Shown one piece after another: positions 47,554 to 56,787 of a stretch of DNA of 64,000 nt. This DNA comes from an uncultured Gammaproteobacteria bacterium (GTDB lineage Bacteria; Patescibacteriota; Patescibacteriia; UBA11705; DATKZF01), in assembly GCA_964411255.1 (NCBI GenBank), contig CAYPKD010000007.1, forward strand, positions 13,344 to 77,343, in the 5' to 3' direction. Below the pieces are notes generated by a model. It was not told the origin of the DNA and searched no databases. It was given only the letters and a program-made list of their open reading frames with translations. Every line of letters starts with the position of its first letter. Position 1 is the first letter of the stretch. The translations under genes and the position numbers were made by a program.

Positions 47554-47623
47554 TTAATCCTCCTTATTCAGAATTTTCTGGCTTTAAAAAAATAAAAAAC
47601 TCTTTTCGAGTCTTTCTATAATA

Positions 47624-47652
47624 ATTATATCAAATATACAGGCTCATGTCAA
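47624..47652 (-). promoter_or_regulatory. cassette 1 promoter (TTGACA-17-TATAAT, minus strand)
   Basis: Consensus hexamers; followed by the leader hairpin GACUC-gaaaa-GAGUU plus U-tract. Confidence 0.6.
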
Positions 47653-47718
47653 GCATTTGTACACATTTATAACCCTGAATTGCAAAACCCTTTAATTTTG
47701 GCAGCTTTGAGATGAAAT

Positions 47719-47747
47719 AAAAAAGCTGCAATGAATGTCATTACAGC
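47719..47747 (-). terminator. cassette 2 terminator
   Basis: gctgcaatga/tcattacagc stem plus U-run. Confidence 0.6.
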
Positions 47748-48107
47748 TTAAGCAGCTATTGCCTTGCTTTGGCTCGTATCAACTTTTGCCTTGCTTCGGC
47801 TCATTTTCTGCAAACGTCTTAAGTACTTAGAAACAAGTCTCCAATAACGCATTGAGTATTCATCATTGCCAGGCGGACATGATATCATAATACCATTTAT
47901 CGCCTTGGCCAGTAAAAAACTGTTACCGATTTGATAAGCATTTTTAGCCATTTCAGCCCACTTTGAAACATGGACTGCAGCCATTGCTTCTCTTGAATCC
48001 ACAGGGATATCAACTATTCGGCTATCAGTTTTAATTCTTACTGTATCTCTGCGCCTGCGCTGAGGCTTTTTAGCAGAAATATTTTTAGGACAAACCTCAA
48101 AAGTCAC
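47748..48107 (-). CDS. cassette small protein 2 (basic; KWAEMA motif; C-terminal Ala-Ala)
   Basis: GTG start with AAGGAG RBS downstream of the promoter (the track ORF start at 48200 lies inside the promoter); ends ...AIAA. Confidence 0.5.
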   Translation of the reverse strand: MTFEVCPKNISAKKPQRRRRDTVRIKTDSRIVDIPVDSREAMAAVHVSKWAEMAKNAYQIGNSFLLAKAINGIMISCPPGNDEYSMRYWRLVSKYLRRLQKMSRSKAKVDTSQSKAIAA

Positions 48108-48172
48108 AAAGTAACTCCTTTCCAAGTAGCTTTTAAAACGAAAAAAGCCCGTGAACTGAGCTTCTATAAACA

Positions 48173-48200
48173 TTATAGCAAATAAAATAAAATTTGTCAA
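48173..48200 (-). promoter_or_regulatory. cassette 2 promoter (TTGACA-16-TATAAT, minus strand)
   Basis: Followed by the leader hairpin AGCUC-aguuca-CGGGCU plus UUUUUUCGUUUU. Confidence 0.6.
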
Positions 48201-48254
48201 GTATTTTTATCAACATGCTTGAATAAAATTGTTGTTCTATCCTCACCTTTATAT

Positions 48255-48284
48255 TAAAAAAGCTGCAAATATTTGATTTGCAGC
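48255..48284 (-). terminator. cassette 3 terminator
   Basis: gctgcaaat/atttgcagc 9-bp stem plus U6 run, directly after the stop. Confidence 0.7.
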
Positions 48285-48638
48285 CTATGCAGCCATACGA
48301 TTGGAAAAAAGCCCTCTAAGGGCCTGCATATGTTTTGGTTCACATGCACGCATTGTCACTTCTTTCACAGCTCTTCTTCGAATTGGACTTTCTGGAGCAG
48401 CACATTCAGCTATTTCCAGCCATTCTGAAAAACTATCTGCAAGAATTGTCAGTTGTTCCAGGGCCCTTGCTTTGATTGGACTATCTGGAGCAGCGCATCC
48501 AGCAATTTCTTTCCATTGGGAAAAAGTTAATCTGTCAAAGAATTCCTCAGAGAGGCTTGATGCACAAATTAGTACAGCAAAACCTATTCCGTAGCGCTTA
48601 AAATAGTAATAGAAGTTTTTTTCCGGTTCAAAGCTCAT
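48285..48638 (-). CDS. cassette small protein 3 (two HEAT-like W-x-EIA repeats; C-terminal Ala-Ala)
   Basis: AAGGAGG RBS and ATG at 48638 (MSFEPEKN...); internal 75-nt tandem duplication; ends ...RMAA. Confidence 0.5.
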   Translation of the reverse strand: MSFEPEKNFYYYFKRYGIGFAVLICASSLSEEFFDRLTFSQWKEIAGCAAPDSPIKARALEQLTILADSFSEWLEIAECAAPESPIRRRAVKEVTMRACEPKHMQALRGLFSNRMAA

Positions 48639-48710
48639 TTTTACCTCCTTGGATATGAGGTTTGTGTCTTTAAAAAACACAAAAAGCCCTTGAACTGAGC
48701 TTCTGTAAAC

Positions 48711-48739
48711 ATTATAGCAAATTAAATGCAATTTGTCAA
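48711..48739 (-). promoter_or_regulatory. cassette 3 promoter (TTGACA-17-TATAAT, minus strand)
   Basis: Consensus; the same conserved leader follows. Confidence 0.6.
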
Positions 48740-48794
48740 ATATTCTTATTAATATTTTTGAATAAAATTGTTGTTCTGATTCAATTAATTTATT

Positions 48795-48823
48795 AAAAAA
48801 GCTGCAAAAATTTGATTTGCAGC
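48795..48823 (-). terminator. cassette 4 terminator
   Basis: gctgcaaa/tttgcagc stem plus U6 run. Confidence 0.65.
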
Positions 48824-49087
48824 TTATGCAGCTTGTGCATTCCAGTCATTTAGCCTTTTCAGTATTATTCGTATTTTGGACCAAGTTTCTTTGTCTATTG
48901 ACCCTTTTATATGAACTAAGTCACTGGCTGCCTGCTGAACTTCTTTTTTATTTTGGGAATTTAGACCAGTTTTAATCCATTTCTCAATCTTATTATTATT
49001 ATTTTCCTGTACTTGCTGTAGCTTTACTGGCCTTAGCCTAGGTTTACTACTTCTGCGAGGCAAAAAAGTACCTAAACGCGCAACCAT
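48824..49087 (-). CDS. cassette small protein 4 (basic N-terminus; C-terminal Ala-Ala)
   Basis: GGAAGGAG RBS; ends ...AQAA; shares promoter, leader and terminator architecture with cassettes 1-3. Confidence 0.5.
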   Translation of the reverse strand: MVARLGTFLPRRSSKPRLRPVKLQQVQENNNNKIEKWIKTGLNSQNKKEVQQAASDLVHIKGSIDKETWSKIRIILKRLNDWNAQAA

Positions 49088-49143
49088 TGCTTTCTCCTTC
49101 CCATTTAAAAAGAAAAAAGCCCGTGAACTGAGCTTCTGTAACT

Positions 49144-49172
49144 ATTGTATCAAATATTTGTTCATTTGTCAA
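49144..49172 (-). promoter_or_regulatory. cassette 4 promoter (TTGACA-17-TACAAT, minus strand)
   Basis: Near-consensus; the conserved leader follows. Confidence 0.6.
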
Positions 49173-49297
49173 GTAAAATTTCACATACAATATAAATAAT
49201 AAAGCAATCACCAGCTTTTCCACTTCCCTGCAATAACAAGATTTGATAAAATAGTTGTACTTATTAGGAGGGTTTTGAAAAAAATAATAACAATTTT

Positions 49298-51184
49298 ATG
49301 GAAAATGAAAAAAATATAATGCAAAGACCTTCCTGGGACCAATACTTTTTAAAATTAGCAATGCTTGTTGCAGAACGATCAACCTGCAGGCGGCATAATG
49401 TTGGTGCTATAATTGTAAAAAATAAACACGTTTTATCAACTGGCTATAATGGCGCTCCTGCTAAAACAAAAGACTGCCTTGAGCTTGGTTGTTTACGAGA
49501 TGAGTTAAAAATTCCTTCAGGCACGCAGCAGCAGGTCTGCCGTGCAGTGCATGCTGAACAAAATGCAATAATTCAGGCAGCTTATCACGGAATAAATCTT
49601 GAGGGGGCAACAATGTATTGTACGCACACGCCCTGTATTATTTGCGCAAAAATGATAGTTAATGCTGGTATAAAACAAATAATTTCATACCGCGCTTATA
49701 ATGATGAGGACTTTATCAGATTATTCTTAGAGGCAGGAATAAAATTTGAAAAGCATGAAAAACCAGATGCCCAAATCACAGAATTAGATCGGGTTCAACT
49801 TTATGACACAAAACCAAAAAATGAAAGTGAAACAGAAAAAACTGAACAGCCTCCAGAGAGACAACAAGAGATGAAAAAATCAGACAGTATGGCCGATGTT
49901 TATATATATGATCAGTATAACCCAGAAGACAATGCAATGATGCAGGCTCTATATTCTCGAAGCCCGCAAAGCGTAACAGAACATGTGAAAAAAGTTGAAC
50001 AAACCGGATCAGGCAAATTTATGGAAAAATTTTATGTTGGCTATGGCCATCAGAGTATTGCAGATTGCGGCAGTACAACAATATTTACAGAACAGGTCAG
50101 CACTTTGGCTGACAAAGCGATTCAGGACTGGCCTTTATACAGCGGGCAAGAAACCAGCACTCGCTATGTAGACATGTCAAAGCAACCAATTGTTGATCCA
50201 GTGAAAACGCCTGAGTCAAAACAAATTTTAGATGCCTGGATGGACTTTTATGTAAAAAGCCAGAATAAAGTCAATCAACATATTAAAAGTCTTTATCCCA
50301 AAAAACCTGATGAAAAAGAAGGTGTCTATAACAAGGCTGTAGAAGCCAGGACATTTGACATTATGCGTGGCTTTTTGCCAGCTGGAATTACCACACAGCT
50401 AAGCTGGCATACAAATCTTCGTCAGGCTTGGGATAAATTAGCTTTGCTTCGTTATAATCCCCTGCCTGAAACACGGGAAATAGCAGAAAATATGATTACC
50501 AGGCTAAGAGAAAAATATCCAAACAGCTTTTGCCACGAGGAATATAAAGATCAGGAAGGTTTTCGAAAATCATCAACACAAAAATATAATTTCTATAATC
50601 CGCAATTTGCCAGTTCTGATTTTAAGATGTCCACCTCAATTGATCCTGAAAAATTATCACAGTATCAGGATATAATTGATTCACGTCCGCAAAAAACAAA
50701 CCTGCCGCACTTTTTAACTGAACTGGGATTAATTACATTTGATTTTATTTTAGACTTTGGATCATTTCGAGATGTTCAAAGGCACAGAAATGGTGTTTGC
50801 CGAATGCCACTACTAACTACTAATTTTGGATTTAATGAGTGGTATCTGAGCCAGCTGCCAAATGATATCAGGCAGGAAGCTGAGCAATTAATTGCTGATC
50901 AAAAAATAAAAATAGCAAATTTGCCAACCGTTGCAGAAATCAAACAATATTATATTTCCTTAGGATTTAATATGCCTTGCCGGATAACTTATGGCCTGCC
51001 AGCTACAATTTATGTAATTGAACTTCGATCAGGCAAGCCAGTTCATCCGACTTTAAGAAAAATTGCGCACAAAATGCATTATGCTCTGCTTGAGAAATTC
51101 CCAAATCTAGTACTCCACTCTGATTTGGAAAAAAGCGACTGGGATATTCGGCGCGGCTTGCAAAGTATTACAGAAAAAAAATAA
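49298..51184 (+). CDS. dCMP deaminase (ComEB-type) fused to a ThyX-like (flavin-dependent thymidylate synthase-like) domain
   Basis: N-terminal CDA zinc motifs HAEQNAI...PCIICAKM; the roughly 430-aa C-terminal region has ThyX-like SGQETSTRY and QRHRNG motifs. Confidence 0.6.
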   Translation: MENEKNIMQRPSWDQYFLKLAMLVAERSTCRRHNVGAIIVKNKHVLSTGYNGAPAKTKDCLELGCLRDELKIPSGTQQQVCRAVHAEQNAIIQAAYHGINLEGATMYCTHTPCIICAKMIVNAGIKQIISYRAYNDEDFIRLFLEAGIKFEKHEKPDAQITELDRVQLYDTKPKNESETEKTEQPPERQQEMKKSDSMADVYIYDQYNPEDNAMMQALYSRSPQSVTEHVKKVEQTGSGKFMEKFYVGYGHQSIADCGSTTIFTEQVSTLADKAIQDWPLYSGQETSTRYVDMSKQPIVDPVKTPESKQILDAWMDFYVKSQNKVNQHIKSLYPKKPDEKEGVYNKAVEARTFDIMRGFLPAGITTQLSWHTNLRQAWDKLALLRYNPLPETREIAENMITRLREKYPNSFCHEEYKDQEGFRKSSTQKYNFYNPQFASSDFKMSTSIDPEKLSQYQDIIDSRPQKTNLPHFLTELGLITFDFILDFGSFRDVQRHRNGVCRMPLLTTNFGFNEWYLSQLPNDIRQEAEQLIADQKIKIANLPTVAEIKQYYISLGFNMPCRITYGLPATIYVIELRSGKPVHPTLRKIAHKMHYALLEKFPNLVLHSDLEKSDWDIRRGLQSITEKK

Positions 51185-51194
51185 AATAAAATTT

Positions 51195-51779
51195 ATGACA
51201 AACAAACTTGTCTGCATTGTTGGAATGTGCGGTGCAGGGAAAAGTGAGGTTGCAGATGTATTCATTGAAAAAGGATATGAATACATTAGATTTGGACAAA
51301 TTACTTTAGATGAAGTAAAAAGACGCGGCCTCGAGCCTTGTGAGGAAAATGAAAGGCCGATTCGGGAAGGTTTTAGAAAAGAGCACGGCCCAGCAGCATT
51401 TGCCATTTTAAATATTCCAAAATTTGATAAAGCTCTTGAAAAAGGCAATGTTATTGGCGATGGATTATACAGCTGGTCTGAATATAAAACATTAAAAGAA
51501 AAATACAAAGAAAATTTGATAATCATTGCTGTTTACGCTTCTCCAAAAACCAGATATCAACGGCTGGAAAACAGAGCTGCCAAACACGGAGATGATCCAA
51601 AAATGAAATACAGATCATTTAGTAAAAAAGATGCAGAAACCCGCGACTATGCTGAAATTGAAAATATTGAAAAAGGCGGACCAATAGCAATGGCTGACTA
51701 TATTTTTGTAAATGAAGGTACCATTAAAGAATTAAAACAAAATGTAAATAATTTTATTAATTTATGGAAATTAGTATAA
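51195..51779 (+). CDS. P-loop (deoxy)nucleoside monophosphate kinase-like protein
   Basis: Walker A GMCGAGKS; sits in the nucleotide-metabolism cluster. Confidence 0.55.
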   Translation: MTNKLVCIVGMCGAGKSEVADVFIEKGYEYIRFGQITLDEVKRRGLEPCEENERPIREGFRKEHGPAAFAILNIPKFDKALEKGNVIGDGLYSWSEYKTLKEKYKENLIIIAVYASPKTRYQRLENRAAKHGDDPKMKYRSFSKKDAETRDYAEIENIEKGGPIAMADYIFVNEGTIKELKQNVNNFINLWKLV

Positions 51780-52195
51780 AAAGAATAGATAAAGACTTGC
51801 CCTTACCTAAATACCTAACGCCAGGCTCAGTTGCTTTTGATATGTACAGCAGGATTGATAAAACAATCGAACCAAAAACTCTGGAAAAGCTGCCCAGCAA
51901 TTTTATTATACAGGTTCCCGAGGGCTTTGCCTTAATAATCGCCAACAGGTCGAGTTTGGCAGTAAAACGCGGATTAACATTAGCAAATAATATTGGTATA
52001 ATTGACCAGGATTATTGCGGGCCAGAAGATGAGATCAGTTTAAGTTTATACAACTTTACAAATGATCAGATTCAAATTAAAAAAGGAGAACGTCTTTGCC
52101 AGGCAATGCTAATGCCAATAGAAAAAGTAGAATTCAAAGAGGCTGAAATAATAGAAAAAAACTCCAGGGGCGGCTTTGGATCAACTGGGAAATAA
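51764..52195 (+). CDS. dut: dUTP diphosphatase
   Basis: dUTPase motifs RSSLA, GIIDQDYCG, RLCQAM and NSRGGFGSTG; 16-nt overlap with the upstream kinase. Confidence 0.9.
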   Translation: MEISIKRIDKDLPLPKYLTPGSVAFDMYSRIDKTIEPKTLEKLPSNFIIQVPEGFALIIANRSSLAVKRGLTLANNIGIIDQDYCGPEDEISLSLYNFTNDQIQIKKGERLCQAMLMPIEKVEFKEAEIIEKNSRGGFGSTGK

Positions 52196-52248
52196 TTTAT
52201 AAAAACTTATAACTAAAAAAGAGTTCAAATTGTTTGAACTCTTTATTT

Positions 52249-52767
52249 TTATCCTACAGATGCTTTATCTGGCACTGGCTCTACATTTTCAATATGAATC
52301 GGCTCTGTACCGTCTTTTGAAAATTTTACTACTTGAGCAGCATATTCGAGCACCGGTTGTTCCCATTTCTGCCAATTACAGTCTAAAGAAAAAATCAATT
52401 CATAAAATGTGCCAAGCAAGCTTGGTGCAAATCGCAAAATATCAGGCAATTCCTTTTGTTGCCGCATTTTGCATTTATCAATATTATCTGGTTTTTTCTC
52501 TTCACTTATATTAAGCAATGGCTTTTTCAATTTCTGGCAAAGCTCTAGCAGTCTCATACTGAGCAGGCCATCAATCTTATCATCATCAGCTAAACAAATG
52601 ACAATATCATATTCCTTAAAATCAATTTTTGGATATTTTTTATTAAACCAACTGGCGCATAAATAATCACATCTATGCTCAGTTTTTGAAAAATAATTCA
52701 AAAGATCCCTGCCATTGGAATTACAATCTTCTCCAATGACAACCATGGAAAGTGGCTGAATTGACAC
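52249..52767 (-). CDS. hypothetical protein (possible flavodoxin-like fold)
   Basis: 172-aa ORF embedded in the nucleotide cluster; no clear motif. Confidence 0.4.
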   Translation of the reverse strand: MSIQPLSMVVIGEDCNSNGRDLLNYFSKTEHRCDYLCASWFNKKYPKIDFKEYDIVICLADDDKIDGLLSMRLLELCQKLKKPLLNISEEKKPDNIDKCKMRQQKELPDILRFAPSLLGTFYELIFSLDCNWQKWEQPVLEYAAQVVKFSKDGTEPIHIENVEPVPDKASVG

Positions 52768-52926
52768 CTGGATCCCCTCCTACCAAGTGTACAGGTTAAC
52801 TGCACTTTGCCCTTTCCTTCAGGCAATAATATATATTTACCAGATATTTAGATATTTGTCAATAAATTAAACAATTGTATGAAAATATGTTAAAATATTG
52901 ATGACGTTTATAATTAAAATGAAAAT

Positions 52927-53598
52927 ATGGCAGGAAAATTTATTGTCATCGATGGTACAGATGGCAGTGGTAAAGGAACACAAACTAATAAACTGGTGGA
53001 AAAGCTAAAGGCTGAGAAATTTCATGTTGAAATTGCAGATTTTCCGCAATATGGTCAAAAAAGCGCTGCTTTGGTTGAAGAATATTTAAATGGCAACTAT
53101 GGTACTGCAAAAGAAGTCGGGCCATACCGCGCCTCAATATTTTATGCTTGCGATCGATATGCAGCTTCATTTCAATTAAAAAAATGGCTTGAAGAAAAAA
53201 AAATAATTATAAGTAACAGATATGTTTCATCAAATATGGGGCATCAAGGAGGCAAAATTCAAGACACCACAGAAAGAGATAAATTTTTAGAATGGGTTGA
53301 AGATCTTGAATATAATATTTTTAAAATTCCAAAACCAGACATTAACATTCTTTTATATATGCCTCCGGCAATTGGCCAGCAGCTGGTAGATAAAAAGGGG
53401 CATCGCGATTATGTAAATGGTAAAAAAAGAGATATTCATGAAGCTGATATAAAACATTTAGAAGAAGCTGCAGAAGCATACCAATATATAGCAAGAAAAT
53501 TTAACTGGATTATTATTGACTGCGCGCCAAATAATGAATTAAGGACCATTGAACAAATTCATCATGAACTTTGGCAAAAAGTACAAGCAATATTATAA
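52927..53598 (+). CDS. tmk: thymidylate kinase-like dNMP kinase
   Basis: P-loop IVIDGTDGSGKGTQ and a DRY-like motif (CDRYAAS). Confidence 0.7.
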   Translation: MAGKFIVIDGTDGSGKGTQTNKLVEKLKAEKFHVEIADFPQYGQKSAALVEEYLNGNYGTAKEVGPYRASIFYACDRYAASFQLKKWLEEKKIIISNRYVSSNMGHQGGKIQDTTERDKFLEWVEDLEYNIFKIPKPDINILLYMPPAIGQQLVDKKGHRDYVNGKKRDIHEADIKHLEEAAEAYQYIARKFNWIIIDCAPNNELRTIEQIHHELWQKVQAIL

Positions 53599-53656
53599 AA
53601 ATATCACAAAGCGACTCCATTTTTTCGATTTTTAATTTTTGATTTTTTCTTTTTAT

Positions 53657-54211
53657 ATGTTCGATCCATCTGGTGGATTTATCAGGGTAATTTGCGGGCC
53701 AATGTTTTCTGGAAAAACTGAAAGACTACTTTTTTATTTAAGACGAGCTGAAATTGCAAAAAAGAAAATTGCTCTTTTCAAGCCTGCCAAAGATACAAGG
53801 TATTCAAAAGACTCTGTTTGTACTCATTATGGATCTTCAATGGAAGCAAAAGTTGTACCAGACAGTTCAGCTATTTTTGATCTGGTGGAAGCAGATACTG
53901 AAGTAGTTGGAATTGATGAAGCACAATTTTTTGATGATAAACTTACAGAAATTTGCAGAAAATTAGCCAATGATGGAAAAATTGTTATACTTGCCGGCTT
54001 AGATCAGGATTTTAGAACCATTCCTTTTGGTAGCATGCCCCAACTTTTAGTAGAAGCGGAAAAAGTTGAAAAGATTCATGCAATTTGTGAGCTATGCGGT
54101 AAATCTGCTCAAAGAACTTTCCGAAAAACAGATTCAGCTGAGCAAGTAATGCTTGGCGGAAAAAATGAATATATTCCGCTTTGCCGGAATTGCTATAACA
54201 AATATAAATAG
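53657..54211 (+). CDS. tdk: thymidine kinase
   Basis: GPMFSGKTERLL P-loop, VVGIDEAQFF, and C-terminal zinc ribbon CELCG...CRNCY. Confidence 0.9.
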   Translation: MFDPSGGFIRVICGPMFSGKTERLLFYLRRAEIAKKKIALFKPAKDTRYSKDSVCTHYGSSMEAKVVPDSSAIFDLVEADTEVVGIDEAQFFDDKLTEICRKLANDGKIVILAGLDQDFRTIPFGSMPQLLVEAEKVEKIHAICELCGKSAQRTFRKTDSAEQVMLGGKNEYIPLCRNCYNKYK

Positions 54212-54328
54212 CTAAAGTGAAAAAAAATAGTTATTGGTCATTAAAAAATACTAAAACCCAAAAACCAATAACCAAACTGGCAGCTATACCTAAAAACTAA
54301 TGACCAAATATAAATTTAATTTTATTAT

Positions 54329-55867
54329 ATGAAATATAAACCAATAATTGGCCTTGAATTCCATATCCAGCTTAATACCAGAAGTAAAATGTTTTGCACT
54401 TGCAATAATCAAAACGAAGGTGATGCGCCAAACACTTCAGTCTGTCCGATTTGCATGGGCCATCCTGGTACTTTGCCAGTAGTTAATCAAAAGGTTGTGG
54501 ATGATGCAATAAAACTTGCCTTAGCTTTAAATTGTGAAATTAATAAATTTACAAAATTTGACAGAAAAAATTATTATTATCCAGATCTGCCAAAAGGATA
54601 TCAAATTTCCCAATATGACCAGCCTTTAGGCAAAGAAGGTTCTTTGGTTATCAATTATAAAGCAATCGATGGTCTAGCTGGCCGGCTGGATAAAGAAGAA
54701 GAATTAAAACGAATAAGAATCATCCGAATTCACATGGAAGAAGATACTGCCAAAATGGTTCATTCTAAAGAAGAATCAAAGTCTTTAATTGATTTTAACC
54801 GCAGCGGATCTCCTCTTTTAGAATTAGTCACCTATCCTGATCTGCGTTCAGCGCATGAGGCGAAAACTTTTGCGCAAGAATTGCAGCTAATTGTCAGAGA
54901 ATTAGGAATCTCTGATGCTGACATGGAAAAAGGCCATTTGCGGTGTGATGCCAATATTTCATTACTTCCAGAAAATGACCAAATCTTAAATCCAAAAACT
55001 GAAGTAAAAAATATAAATTCCTTTAAAGCTTTAGAAAAAGCTTTAAATTTTGAAATAAATAGACAGACCTTGCTTTATGAAAAAGGCAAAGAGCCAAAAA
55101 AACAGTCCACCCGCGGCTGGGATGATAAGCTGCAAGAAACTGTAATTCGCCGAATAAAAGAAGAAGCAAAAGACTATCGATATTTTCCAGAACCTGATAT
55201 TCCGCCATTAACCTTTACTGATGATTATATAAATGATATAAAATCATATTTGCCAGAATTGCCACAGAGTAAGCGCAGAAGATTTACTGAAGAATTTGGC
55301 TTTACTTCAGAAGCTGCAAAAATTTTAACAACTGATAAATATATTGATGATTTTACTGAAAGAACTATTTCTGAGCTTCAGGAATGGATTACAACCCTGC
55401 CTGAAGTTGAAGGCACAAAACAAGAAATTTGGAATAAAAATAAAAAGAAATTAATAAAAATGGTAAGTGACTGGTTAGTTAATAAGCTTTTGCCAGCTTT
55501 AGATAAACAAAAAATTAGCTTAGAGCAATCTAAAATAAATTCAGAAAATTTTGCAGAATTAATTTCAATTATTTATTTAAATAAAGTCAATAGTGCTGGT
55601 GCTTCAAAAATATTAGAACAAATGGTAAAAACCGGCATCGATCCATCTCAGGCAATGGTGGAACTAAACGTTGAACAGCTTGATGATGATGAATCAATCG
55701 AAACTGTAGTAGATACTGTGATCAAACAAAATCCAGATCAGGTAGCTGAATACAAAGCAGGTAAAGAACCAGTTATAAAATATTTACTTGGCCAGGTTAT
55801 GAAATTATCCCAAGGAAAAGCCAATCCTCAAAAAGCTGAAGAAATTTTAAAGAAAAAAATAAAATAA
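54329..55867 (+). CDS. gatB: aspartyl/glutamyl-tRNA amidotransferase subunit B
   Basis: MKYKPIIGLEFHIQL...CTCNN...CPICMGHPGTLP N-terminus plus YqeY-like tail. Confidence 0.95.
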   Translation: MKYKPIIGLEFHIQLNTRSKMFCTCNNQNEGDAPNTSVCPICMGHPGTLPVVNQKVVDDAIKLALALNCEINKFTKFDRKNYYYPDLPKGYQISQYDQPLGKEGSLVINYKAIDGLAGRLDKEEELKRIRIIRIHMEEDTAKMVHSKEESKSLIDFNRSGSPLLELVTYPDLRSAHEAKTFAQELQLIVRELGISDADMEKGHLRCDANISLLPENDQILNPKTEVKNINSFKALEKALNFEINRQTLLYEKGKEPKKQSTRGWDDKLQETVIRRIKEEAKDYRYFPEPDIPPLTFTDDYINDIKSYLPELPQSKRRRFTEEFGFTSEAAKILTTDKYIDDFTERTISELQEWITTLPEVEGTKQEIWNKNKKKLIKMVSDWLVNKLLPALDKQKISLEQSKINSENFAELISIIYLNKVNSAGASKILEQMVKTGIDPSQAMVELNVEQLDDDESIETVVDTVIKQNPDQVAEYKAGKEPVIKYLLGQVMKLSQGKANPQKAEEILKKKIK

Positions 55868-55931
55868 TACCTACTCAACGTGGAGGGGAAGCTCTGTTTC
55901 CTTGACTGAGTCGGGCTTTAAACTTTAAAAG

Positions 55932-55963
55932 GCGTCGCAAGTTTGCAACGCCTTTTTTTGAGG
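55932..55963. terminator. bidirectional terminator hairpin between gatB and the Cys-rich lipoprotein gene
   Basis: ggcgtcgcaa/ttgcaacgcc stem (one mismatch) followed by a T7 run. Confidence 0.6.
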
Positions 55964-55964
55964 T

Positions 55965-56636
55965 TTAGAATTCACACACTCCAGGGCAAGCTTCCTGGCC
56001 TGGGCATACGGTCTGAACACAGACATAGTTTCCAGGCGGACAGTCGAACTTGTCCCAGCAGCTGTAAACAGCATAAGGAACAACGCATCGACCATATTCG
56101 CATACTGTGCCTTCTGGACAATCGTATGAGCCAACGCACTGGTCGTTGTGTTCATAACAATAGCCATCAGCTTCACAGTATGTGCCAACCGGACAGTCAG
56201 CGTCATAGACGCAACCTTCGACAACTACTTCATACTGATAGCAAAAGCCGTCAGTTTCGCAGTACTCACCAGGGAAGCAGTCAGTGTCTCTGAAGCATTC
56301 GACTGCTGGAATGCATTCGCCTTCGTAGCAAGCCTCATAGGCATTGCAGTCGAAGTCGTCGTAGCATTCTGGGGTTTGGTAGCAGAATCCTGCTGAGCAA
56401 TATTCATGCCACATGCAGTCGAAATCGTCATAGCACTCAGCACCATATACATGGTCCTCAACTACGACAACACCTGGCTCATACTCACAGTAGCCGTGCC
56501 AGTCGCAGTACATGTCGACTGGACAGTCCCTGTCATAATCACAAGGCAGAGTCATCCGGCTGTCGATTTCACAACCAGACAACATCACGGCCACCAACAC
56601 CATGGCAGAAAAAAGCTTATACATGGGATCCTCCAA
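55965..56636 (-). CDS. Cys-rich repeat lipoprotein (about 40 Cys; C-x-D-D-F-D-C...Y-C-x-x-G-x-C modules), compositionally foreign
   Basis: Lipobox MYKLFSAMVLVAVMLSGC; at least 9 repeats of a cysteine module; local GC about 50% against about 32% in the flanks. Confidence 0.7.
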   Translation of the reverse strand: MEDPMYKLFSAMVLVAVMLSGCEIDSRMTLPCDYDRDCPVDMYCDWHGYCEYEPGVVVVEDHVYGAECYDDFDCMWHEYCSAGFCYQTPECYDDFDCNAYEACYEGECIPAVECFRDTDCFPGEYCETDGFCYQYEVVVEGCVYDADCPVGTYCEADGYCYEHNDQCVGSYDCPEGTVCEYGRCVVPYAVYSCWDKFDCPPGNYVCVQTVCPGQEACPGVCEF

Positions 56637-56787
56637 TTGGAAAAAATGTGAATGTAAACTTCAAATTATTATATTATATCATATTTTTTTAAAAAAGTCA
56701 ACGAAAAAGCCTTTTTTTAACCTAAAATTAAACAAAAAAAGGGATTATACCCTTTTCCTTATTTATTAATAAAATCAACATTATTTA

